A stretch of 62,748 nucleotides of DNA, taken from IMG/VR virus record IMGVR_UViG_3300037096_000044, positions 1-62,748 of that record; one strand, 5' to 3'. The DNA comes from a virus. The notes under the pieces are model-generated. The model was not told the origin of the DNA, did no database searches, and saw nothing but the letters and a program-made list of their open reading frames with translations. Both the position numbers and the translations under genes were made by a program. How positions within the stretch are numbered: the stretch's first letter is position 1; each line of letters starts with the position of its first letter. Below, piece after piece: positions 37,869 to 45,748 of this stretch.

Positions 37869-39507
37869 ATTTGCCTACCCCTTTGCCTTTCTTGCCCTTC
37901 GGCGGCGGAGCCTTGTCGCTCGGAGCATTTGCCGCCTGCTGCATATTCGACATCGTTTGATCATGCGTCTCGGCTTGACGCGCTAGCTCATCGGGCACCG
38001 CGAGAGCTTTTTGCTTATTCGCTTCGACCGTCTCCGCGAAAGGAACCGGGCCATTGGGCGTCTCAACGACCGCCTCCGCTCCGGCGCCATTGGGAAGTGG
38101 CGGCATATTGATCTTGTCGCGTCCTTCGTCCGGCGTTAGAAGACCGGCTTTCACATAGCCAGTCGTCACAGTCATCTCGATTTGCGGATCAACTTCCGGT
38201 TCCGCATCCCACGCGAACTCGCAATCGTCATAACCGAAGCCAATGTCTTCTTGAACCAGCGGGTCCATAATCTCGGACTTGAACCACGTCATCAAAGGAT
38301 GTAAACCTTCCTCCTCCGACGCCTCTTGGGCGGTGTTTGCTGTCGCCCGGTTCATCATCTTAACAAACGGTTGAGGTGATACCGAGAAAGCGAAACAAAC
38401 GAGCCGTGTGAGTGACTCATCGCGGTCCGCTTGAAGGCCCTCGCCGGACGAACCCTTAATATCAAACGGCTTCATGCCGCCCGGCATAAAGCGGACCTTG
38501 GATTTAAAGTTGAGATTGCCGGACAGCATCGCATCAAACATCGCTTGGAAGCTCGCCGTTTGCTGCGGTGTCCAACTCTCCGGAACCGTGACAATCAAAT
38601 CGGGAAGCGTGCCTTCATTCCAAAATGCGGCGCGGTAAAGCTGCTTTCGTATTCCCTCAGTGACCTCGATGAAGATTTGTTCAACTGGGCTGTAGCCATA
38701 AATCGGCAGTTGAGTACGCGGGCGCATCGGCGCATAGATGAGTTCCGTCTCATCGAGGTTCACCATTGGCAAACCTTTGATAATCTGCTGGAACGCCGGA
38801 TTGGGATAGTCGGGCCGTCGCCCTGCATCATCAATCAACGGCTTAATGGTCGCGCCGTCTAACACATCGAGCGCGTATGGTTTACCTCCAGCCGAGCGCC
38901 AAACATAAAGCGACGGCGCATCGATCACGAAGAGGTCTTCAAGGAGCTTCCGGCACCAAGGCCCGAACTTGAACTTACGATCCGGGCGCTTGAAGAACTC
39001 ATCGAGTTCTTTAAGACGTTTGTTCGTCGCCTTCGGCTTATCAATCAGCTGGAACTTCCATGGCACCCGCAGCAATTGATCTTTCCGCGTCTCAATGACC
39101 GAGCGAAGAACACCCCACGACATTGACATTGCTCGCAGCGTCTCGAAGAACGAAACCCGCGACGGGATGAAATCAATATTGGTGCCGACCGGATAATCAA
39201 AGGTGCGCGGATAATCGACAAACGGCGGACCGAACGGGGTGACAGGTTGGAACGGCGAGAACCAGTTTTGATCGATGTCAACATCACTGATCGCGTTCGG
39301 CGGTTGCTCGCCGGCAAGATCATTATACTTGCCGGGACGAACGGGTTGTGTCGAGGAACGTGTCGGCGGCAACTTGTAATTTTGCATCTGGCCGAACGCC
39401 GGGCCAATCGGGGTGGATGAAGCTCCGGGCGTGACCGTTGGTGACTTCTCCACGAAGCCTTTGCCACGCTCCCAAGTCGGAAGGTCGAGCGGTTCGTTAT
39501 CAGACAT
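37771..39507 (-). CDS. Portal protein.
   Basis: 578 aa, downstream of the large terminase, with an acidic/basic C-terminal tail. The call rests on position and size. Confidence 0.7.
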   Translation of the reverse strand: MSDNEPLDLPTWERGKGFVEKSPTVTPGASSTPIGPAFGQMQNYKLPPTRSSTQPVRPGKYNDLAGEQPPNAISDVDIDQNWFSPFQPVTPFGPPFVDYPRTFDYPVGTNIDFIPSRVSFFETLRAMSMSWGVLRSVIETRKDQLLRVPWKFQLIDKPKATNKRLKELDEFFKRPDRKFKFGPWCRKLLEDLFVIDAPSLYVWRSAGGKPYALDVLDGATIKPLIDDAGRRPDYPNPAFQQIIKGLPMVNLDETELIYAPMRPRTQLPIYGYSPVEQIFIEVTEGIRKQLYRAAFWNEGTLPDLIVTVPESWTPQQTASFQAMFDAMLSGNLNFKSKVRFMPGGMKPFDIKGSSGEGLQADRDESLTRLVCFAFSVSPQPFVKMMNRATANTAQEASEEEGLHPLMTWFKSEIMDPLVQEDIGFGYDDCEFAWDAEPEVDPQIEMTVTTGYVKAGLLTPDEGRDKINMPPLPNGAGAEAVVETPNGPVPFAETVEANKQKALAVPDELARQAETHDQTMSNMQQAANAPSDKAPPPKGKKGKGVGKFAGAPFREGLSALEACLNGEGDRCPRSRHRQV

Positions 39508-39820
39508 TGATAATAGCCGAGAGCTTTTGACCCGGCGCCACGCCGAAGTATTCGGTGGAGTTCGCCGCTAGCCGTTTGCTGTTTACCGTCGCGCCGACAT
39601 AAAGAGTATTCTCATCCGCCGCGCTAATGGCGATGGAACAAATACAAGTTGAATCAGTGTGGACGCGGAGCAGGCATGTCCCAGATTGAAAGCCAGCGGA
39701 TAGTTGCGCTGTCGCATTAACCACGAGCGGGGGTTGATCGTATGACGGCTCCACCGCAACGGTAATTTGATCCGGTGCTTGGAGCGCCTTTTTGTATTCC
39801 GAAAGGTAAAGGGTCGTCAT
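39500..39820 (-). CDS. Hypothetical protein.
   Basis: The internal start MTTLYLSEYKK overlaps the upstream stop. Confidence 0.45.
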   Translation of the reverse strand: MTTLYLSEYKKALQAPDQITVAVEPSYDQPPLVVNATAQLSAGFQSGTCLLRVHTDSTCICSIAISAADENTLYVGATVNSKRLAANSTEYFGVAPGQKLSAIINV

Positions 39821-40041
39821 GGCGCTTTCACCTTCGATGTATGGAGAAGAAGAATGGAGGTCGGAACACAATTGGTGCCAATAACTTCGTTCGTTTGACA
39901 AAGTGAAACGATACGTGTTCCTGCTTCGAGTTCATCCGCTAGATCGCGAAGCGCATCCGCTAATCGAGCACGCTGGTCGGCGGCTATCGAAATGCCGAGG
40001 TATCTGTCGCCTGATCGCCCAACGAACTTTGAAGCGTCCAT
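39817..40041 (-). CDS. Hypothetical protein.
   Basis: 74-aa ORF in the operon array. Confidence 0.4.
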   Translation of the reverse strand: MDASKFVGRSGDRYLGISIAADQRARLADALRDLADELEAGTRIVSLCQTNEVIGTNCVPTSILLLHTSKVKAP

Positions 40042-40044
40042 GGC

Positions 40045-40239
40045 TCACCAACCGATATGAGGAAGCCAGTGTGAGAAGACAATCAGCACCGCGATAATGG
40101 ACCCGGTGAAGAAGGTCGGTAGCACCGGCACATCTTCCGCTGCCGATGGACTATCGCTCATCGCTGAGCTGAATAGCATTATTGCGCTCACTGCGCACGT
40201 TATCGCGAACACAATCGCTGCAACGATAAATGCGCCCAT
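40045..40239 (-). CDS. Small two-segment membrane protein.
   Basis: The MGAFIVAAIVFAITCAVSAIMLF...IIAVLIVFSHW start shares one base with the terminase stop (TAATG). Confidence 0.45.
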   Translation of the reverse strand: MGAFIVAAIVFAITCAVSAIMLFSSAMSDSPSAAEDVPVLPTFFTGSIIAVLIVFSHWLPHIGW

Positions 40240-41786
40240 TATCGTACTAGCTCCGGTTTTGGCGGTGCACATTCAACGTGCCACGAATGAACGCCATCAG
40301 TCCTTCGCGACGATCCGAGAGGCTTATTACACGTCGCACAAGTCTTAGCGCCGGGCATTAGCTCCGCAAGTGTCGCGCGATAAACGTCCATCAAGTTATC
40401 TTCGGTGGGCTTCGGCTCGATAGCCTGTGCCCAAGGTCGATTGTCGGTCTTAGCCTCGATAGGTTTCGATCCACCTTCGACCAACTCCTTGTAATACGTG
40501 ATCCAGCCTTCCGCATTGCTAGATAGCACAAGATCGGTAACAGCCCACACCCAAGCATCAGCACGATCAGGAGAGCGCTCACCGCCATAACCAGCAGGAG
40601 AAAAATTGACCAACTGATCTTCAAGCTCTGGGAAATATCCTGCATGACGGGCCTTGTCTTGCTTCTCTTCATACAAGACGGAAACTGGTTCGGCTCTTAC
40701 AGCTTTGCCTCGGCTGGCGGTAAGGACTTGAACGGCAATACCCGGATCGAGTGACCGGATAACGTAAGCGACCATGTCGCCGCCAAAATTGACTTCGGCC
40801 ACAATTCGATCCGCGCCCCATTTGTGATAAGCTGCGATGGCAGCCCGGCCCCAGACTTCCGGTGGACCATTACAGGTAACATCAGCAAGCAGGTAAACGC
40901 GATTGTCAAACCCAAGACCACCAACGACAATTCCAATGTCGTCGTTCCTTTTGTTTTCATCTTTCGCTCCTGCTCCACTAGGATCGATAGCGACCACAAC
41001 GCGACGCATCATTGGAACATCGAGCGGCTTGCCGTCTTCCGACATCACGCAACGCGCTCTATCGATAGCCTCTAGCGACCAAAAGGCATTATCAAGTTCG
41101 TCCGTATAAATGCCTTCATAGAACCTAGCTCGATGGCGCGCTGGAAGATGAGCCAACGAATCAAGATACTCGGGCGATAGGTTCGGGAGGTTATCGACCG
41201 GGTTCATAAACATCCGCGCGAAGTCGTGCGGATTACTAAGCGGCTTGCGCGAGACTGGATCAATGTGTTGGGAACCGAACTCCGCGTTGGTCCAATGCGA
41301 CTTACCGCCAGGGTTTAGATCGTAATAGGCTCGCTGCTTTAAATTCCCGACAACTTGAGCGAGACGTGTTCGAGCGGTAACGACTGACGAGTAAGGAATT
41401 TGCGAACATTCATTGAAGAGCATTGTCGCATATTCATTACCGAGGATTTTCTCAACTCGGTCTTTAACGTCTAGCCCACCAACCCAGATTTGTGAAGAGT
41501 TCGGAAGTTCAAAGAAGCCATCTTGACGATGCTCGGTCAATCGAATGTCGGGGAAACAAAGTCGAAAGACCTTCGGCAACGTATCGAGCGAGATTGACGA
41601 GCGGGCCGCGTTAGATCGGAAACGAAGAATTGCGTGACGCGATACCGGAGCCTTTAGCGCTCGAAGCCCGACGCGATTAACGAGCAGTGTAGTTTTACCG
41701 GAACGCGATCCACCGACTAGGAGCGTATGGCGCTGAGGCCCGGAAAGAAGCTCACGGGCCTCGTTTTGTCGCGAAGTGAAATCCAT
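40239..41786 (-). CDS. terL: Terminase large subunit.
   Basis: Walker A is LVGGSRSGKTTLL. The C-terminal nuclease-like region has VAIDPSG...D. A small terminase gene lies upstream. Confidence 0.85.
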   Translation of the reverse strand: MDFTSRQNEARELLSGPQRHTLLVGGSRSGKTTLLVNRVGLRALKAPVSRHAILRFRSNAARSSISLDTLPKVFRLCFPDIRLTEHRQDGFFELPNSSQIWVGGLDVKDRVEKILGNEYATMLFNECSQIPYSSVVTARTRLAQVVGNLKQRAYYDLNPGGKSHWTNAEFGSQHIDPVSRKPLSNPHDFARMFMNPVDNLPNLSPEYLDSLAHLPARHRARFYEGIYTDELDNAFWSLEAIDRARCVMSEDGKPLDVPMMRRVVVAIDPSGAGAKDENKRNDDIGIVVGGLGFDNRVYLLADVTCNGPPEVWGRAAIAAYHKWGADRIVAEVNFGGDMVAYVIRSLDPGIAVQVLTASRGKAVRAEPVSVLYEEKQDKARHAGYFPELEDQLVNFSPAGYGGERSPDRADAWVWAVTDLVLSSNAEGWITYYKELVEGGSKPIEAKTDNRPWAQAIEPKPTEDNLMDVYRATLAELMPGAKTCATCNKPLGSSRRTDGVHSWHVECAPPKPELVR

Positions 41787-42275
41787 CTAAGCTGACTCAT
41801 CAACTTTATCGAAGTGAAGATGAACGTCACCTTTAGCTTGATGCTCTATCGTCGCGAGACGCGGATGGCAGTATGGAGCGGCCTCGACCGCGCACGATTG
41901 AGCGTTCTCTCGCGCCGCGAGTAAAGTGCGAAGGAGCTTTATGCCTTCGCCGCGCTTTTCGTCTTCGTCGCCTTCGCTCGCCAAAAGCTTTTCAAGCTTC
42001 ACAGTAAAGGTTTGGGCTTGCTTGAACCAAAAGAGCATGTTGTTGATCATAACATTCAACGGAGCTTCGCCCGCGTCGATTAGCTCTTGTATCTCTTTCG
42101 CGGTGAAACCTTTGCGGATTTGTGCAAGCTTGGATAATGGCCGTCCGCCCTTCTTACCATTGGCTCTCGATACGTGCGCCGGGGGATGACTCATGTTTTC
42201 ATCGTAGGTTATAACCCACGGACTGTCCGGAAAACTTGAACGCTCCGCATCTCTATGAGACTTTATCAGTCTCAC
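41787..42275 (-). CDS. Terminase small subunit. The start is uncertain (GTG at 42275 or ATG at 42194).
   Basis: Has an NGKKGGRPLSKL DNA-binding-type motif and sits immediately upstream of terL. Confidence 0.5.
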   Translation of the reverse strand: MRLIKSHRDAERSSFPDSPWVITYDENMSHPPAHVSRANGKKGGRPLSKLAQIRKGFTAKEIQELIDAGEAPLNVMINNMLFWFKQAQTFTVKLEKLLASEGDEDEKRGEGIKLLRTLLAARENAQSCAVEAAPYCHPRLATIEHQAKGDVHLHFDKVDESA

Positions 42276-42308
42276 ATTATGACTTCAAAATTTGCTAGCT
42301 CGCCAAAG

Positions 42309-42857
42309 TCAGGCCGAGCAAGACACCAAATTATGAAGCGGAATATTCACTGGAACTTTTTGACCAAGAAGCTCGTACAAAACTCGTTCGCACTGGCTCG
42401 TTCCGGCGCCATCATAAAGGCCATACAAACCTTCTTGCGCCATCGGACCATGTTTTGCAAAAACCTTCTCGCCCATTTTGAACGGGAGCGGTTCAGGAAG
42501 AACAACCAAACCACCTTGCTCGCGTGCTTTCAATTTTTGAATGAAGGTGACAGCGAGTTGCGCTGGTTGTTCTTCCAAATCCACTTCCCTTTCCGAGAAG
42601 TCATTATTGAGACGGCTTCCACTTGTCATCAACACACCATTAATCCCAATCGTGGTCAAGATCGAATACCAGTGATCAACCACAAACACGAATATGTAGC
42701 GCGGGAAGAGCGCTCGCCGGAAACCTTGTAAGCTCCCGCGCACTACACGTTTCGCTTTTATGAATGGACAATAAACTTCGAATGACTGGCGCGCGAGATT
42801 TGTTATAGCTTTCATCTCGCCCAACGGTTCGGTTTGAGCCACCGCCCAGTATGACAT
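42309..42857 (-). CDS. NusG/RfaH-like transcription elongation/antitermination factor, the first gene of the late operon.
   Basis: The NGN pattern is SYWAVAQTEPLGEMKA...RGSLQGFRRALFPRYIFVFV...INGV. The KOW-like region is FKMGEKVFAKHGPMAQEGLYGLY. Confidence 0.7.
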   Translation of the reverse strand: MSYWAVAQTEPLGEMKAITNLARQSFEVYCPFIKAKRVVRGSLQGFRRALFPRYIFVFVVDHWYSILTTIGINGVLMTSGSRLNNDFSEREVDLEEQPAQLAVTFIQKLKAREQGGLVVLPEPLPFKMGEKVFAKHGPMAQEGLYGLYDGAGTSQCERVLYELLGQKVPVNIPLHNLVSCSA

Positions 42858-43034
42858 TCGAGGAAGGCTCCAATTCGCCGGAACGTCGCTTTTCGCTCGG
42901 AAGCTCGATCAATAAAAGCCTTTTTCGGGGTAGCCCGGCTAAGTCGTTGAAGCGGGCGTCTATTCCCACTTCTATCTAAAAGCCAACCACAACTAACCCG
43001 CGAAAACAAAGGACAACTAAGAGGTCAGTAACCG

Positions 43035-43058
43035 TTTTCCATTTTTACCCATTTTCGT
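43035..43058 (+). repeat. Direct repeat copy 1 in the AT-rich control region.
   Basis: ttttccatttttacccattttcgt, compared with ttttcaattttcccattttcgt at 43330-43351. Confidence 0.8.
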
Positions 43059-43283
43059 ACCTTTACCCTCTTTATCTCTTCTTCTTCTCTTAGACTTAAT
43101 GTAGAAGAGGGTAGGTAGCCCAAAAAAAACGTAAAACGGTTTCCGACATATAAGTTATCCGCTAACCGCAGACCTTTCCACAACTTTGTTATTAGTTTGT
43201 CGGTCGATAGTGTGCTGAAATCAGTAGCTTACGGGCGAAGGTCTTTTATCTAGGCGCTGCAACAACTTAACTGTGATTTTTTA

Positions 43284-43292
43284 TGATATAAT
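43284..43292 (+). promoter_or_regulatory. Extended -10-like element TGATATAAT. Its direction and function are uncertain.
   Basis: Perfect TGnTATAAT on the + strand. It is flanked by the inverted repeat GTGCTGAAAT (43212-43221) / AATTCAGCAC (43305-43314). No + strand gene lies downstream. Confidence 0.3.
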
Positions 43293-43329
43293 GTTGTTCT
43301 GTTAAATTCAGCACCTTTCAAAACACAAA

Positions 43330-43351
43330 TTTTCAATTTTCCCATTTTCGT
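43330..43351 (+). repeat. Direct repeat copy 2 in the AT-rich control region.
   Basis: Shares the cccattttcgt core and T-rich lead-in with 43035-43058. Confidence 0.8.
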
Positions 43352-43365
43352 GTCCAAGGTCCCCG

Positions 43366-43545
43366 TTACGGCATCGGTCTTTCCGTGAACATAAAAACGA
43401 GCCAAACGAGTGGCCAAAAGACGACCGCCGACCCGAGCGAAAGCGCCCGGCGAACGCCCGGCTTCCCCGCGTATTCGAGCTTTCGCGTGAGATAAAGATA
43501 TGTCAAAACCATCCCGACGCCATAGATTGCGAGCGCGATTTTCAT
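43366..43545 (-). CDS. Small membrane protein (59 aa).
   Basis: Sequence is MKIALAIYGVGMVLTYLYL...VVFWPLVWLVFMF. RBS ggagagg lies upstream. It is below the track cutoff. Confidence 0.45.
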   Translation of the reverse strand: MKIALAIYGVGMVLTYLYLTRKLEYAGKPGVRRALSLGSAVVFWPLVWLVFMFTERPMP

Positions 43546-43573
43546 TCGATCCTCTCCAACTTTATCCGGTATC

Positions 43574-44815
43574 CTAGCGCCTGGGCCCAGCGACGCGATG
43601 ATTGCGCGCGGAAGCTCTCAGGCGCGTCACGGCGCGTTCAAGCTGTTGGTCATAGTCATCGGCCCACGCAACGGCGGCTTGTTCCTTATGCTCTACGATG
43701 GCCTGTCCGATGGCGCACCCGAGCGCGGCCGGCACCGCATTCCCTATCTGCATGTACTGAGAACTCATTGAGCCGCTGAATTTCCAGTCCGGCGCGAAGC
43801 CTTGAATGGCCGCGCATTCACGGACTGATAACGGTCTGACGACTTCGGGATGGCACAGTGCGCTCCCCTTGCGATTGGCGCGTCCGGTGATCGTCGGGGC
43901 CGGACGATTCCATGCGAGCCGACGATAAAATCCGGTCTTGCCGCCGCCCGCCGCGAAGGAACCGCCCATAGCCTTGCGTTGAAGTTTTCGCGGCAGCGAA
44001 CGCCAATTGCCGCCTTCCGGAACAAGCGCAAAATATTGTTCCACGTCCGGCGTATATTTTGCGCCTTTGCCGGGACGGCGTCGAAACTTCCAGATTTCAT
44101 CTTTCAGCACTCGGTAAGGCAGGAGCGCCGATGGACCATGCGTCGCCGACGGCAGTACAGGCGGCGAAAAATCGCGGGCACCAATCATCACAAACCGGAG
44201 ACGGTGTTGGGCCGCGCCGTAATCCGCAGCATCAAACACGCCGAAGGTCACGAAATATCCGAGGCCGCGAATGTCGGCGAGGATTTGGCGTACTGCCGAT
44301 CCCGACAATTCGTCCTCACTCAGCGGAGCATGATCTTCGTCGCCGCTGAGCCAAGAATGATCGTAAGTCTTAAGGCTCCAATGCTGACCCGGACGCTCGG
44401 AAATTGGCCGGTGACGGAGTGCGGCTGTCGTCAGATTAGCCACGTTTTCAAGGACAAAGCGGCGCGGTCTGACTTCGCCGATTAGGCGAAGATACTCATA
44501 GATCAAATTGCCGCGAGGATCGGTTAGGGCCGCCCGTTTGCCGCCGGGCGAAAAACTCTGGCATGGCGGGCCGCCGACCATCAAATCGACTTCGCCTTTG
44601 AAGCCACGGGCTTTGCGCAGCTTGTCGGCGTCAAGGCTCGCGATGCTGTCGCTGATAAGCTGGACGGACGGTCTGTTCAGCCGGATCGTTTCGCAGCAAT
44701 CGAAATCAATCTCATTCACGAGCGTCGGGAATATCCCGGCCTTCTCTAGTCCGAGATCGAGACCAAGCGCCCCTGAGAAAAACGACCAAACCTCTGGTTT
44801 TTTCGCGCGTGCCAT
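43574..44815 (-). CDS. dcm: DNA (cytosine-5) methyltransferase.
   Basis: Motifs are FSGALGLDLG (I), GGPPCQSFS (IV), LENV (VI), AQHRLRF (VIII) and GNAVP (X). Confidence 0.9.
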   Translation of the reverse strand: MARAKKPEVWSFFSGALGLDLGLEKAGIFPTLVNEIDFDCCETIRLNRPSVQLISDSIASLDADKLRKARGFKGEVDLMVGGPPCQSFSPGGKRAALTDPRGNLIYEYLRLIGEVRPRRFVLENVANLTTAALRHRPISERPGQHWSLKTYDHSWLSGDEDHAPLSEDELSGSAVRQILADIRGLGYFVTFGVFDAADYGAAQHRLRFVMIGARDFSPPVLPSATHGPSALLPYRVLKDEIWKFRRRPGKGAKYTPDVEQYFALVPEGGNWRSLPRKLQRKAMGGSFAAGGGKTGFYRRLAWNRPAPTITGRANRKGSALCHPEVVRPLSVRECAAIQGFAPDWKFSGSMSSQYMQIGNAVPAALGCAIGQAIVEHKEQAAVAWADDYDQQLERAVTRLRASARNHRVAGPRR

Positions 44816-44938
44816 GATGGCTGATTTTACCGTGATTGCCCTGTCGGAACATTAACGCACCGGAACGCCGCGCGGCGCGAATCACTCACTCATCGAGTGA
44901 CCGTTGTGCCGCTACTGCTTTATGTAAATCTCCAATCT

Positions 44939-45301
44939 TCATGAGTGCAACCTTTCTCCTTCGCGCTCGATGAGCGCTCGCCGTTCCGTTATCCATTCTC
45001 GCGTCAGCGTTACAACTTCTTCGATACGGTTAACCGTTGCATCAATTATTGCTAGCGACGATGCTTTGTCCTTCGCATCCAACATCTTTCCGGTCTTTTC
45101 GTAAGTGGCAATGTGTTCTGAGTAGACTAGCAGCCCTGCTAAGACCGAGGCGACAATATAGTTTAGTGATGCTGGGCACATTCGGTTTTCCTCAATTAAT
45201 GAGGAGAACAGTTTAATCATTTCCGTTCCAATTTGGTTGGTTTTAACGAACCCGCCATAGTCCGCTTCTTCGACGAAGCAATTGCAAGTTGGTCTTGGCA
45301 T
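44939..45301 (-). CDS. Hypothetical protein.
   Basis: 120-aa ORF. Confidence 0.45.
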   Translation of the reverse strand: MPRPTCNCFVEEADYGGFVKTNQIGTEMIKLFSSLIEENRMCPASLNYIVASVLAGLLVYSEHIATYEKTGKMLDAKDKASSLAIIDATVNRIEEVVTLTREWITERRALIEREGERLHS

Positions 45302-45302
45302 C

Positions 45303-45500
45303 CTATTCTCCTAGTATCTCGTTAATCGCATCCCGTAAATCGGCCAGCGCCCGAAGCTCCAGTGTACTTAGCCTCGCGGTCCGTGGGTATGAGCGCAATA
45401 CTCCGAGAAGGTCTGTTGTGTTTACGCGTGTGCCGCTAAGCGGCGAAGGTGCAATAGGGCGTTCTCTGATTTGGGATATTTTATTTGCATGATTGGTCAT
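45303..45500 (-). CDS. Hypothetical protein.
   Basis: 65-aa ORF, coupled to its neighbours. Confidence 0.4.
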   Translation of the reverse strand: MTNHANKISQIRERPIAPSPLSGTRVNTTDLLGVLRSYPRTARLSTLELRALADLRDAINEILGE

Positions 45501-45703
45501 GTCACCACCTTTAATCTCGCTGTTTCAACCCAAGCTGAGTGGCTAGAGCCATTGTGAATGTAAGAGACTTCGACCGTTCGCGAACAGCCTCCATCCGAGA
45601 TTGGACGGAATTGAAACGACGTAACCTTTCCGATAAGGGAACGATCATCGTCAATCATCACTTTGTCGAACAAATCGAAGTCGGAACGAAAGTCCATTGC
45701 CAT
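45497..45703 (-). CDS. Hypothetical protein.
   Basis: 68-aa ORF. Confidence 0.45.
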   Translation of the reverse strand: MAMDFRSDFDLFDKVMIDDDRSLIGKVTSFQFRPISDGGCSRTVEVSYIHNGSSHSAWVETARLKVVT

Positions 45704-45748
45704 AAGTTACTCTCCTTTGCATTTAGCGAAAGTCAAAGATGACTTCTG

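Noticed and set aside
43562-43570. A solo TTATCCGGT matching the core of the cassette repeats. It resembles a DnaA box (TTATCCACA), suggesting that the repeats are DnaA-type binding sites.
   Set aside because: A 9-mer match is expected by chance about once in a genome of this size on both strands, and the flanks do not match the repeat. The DnaA-box resemblance is limited to TTATCC. It is kept only as a testable idea under the DnaA-domain protein.
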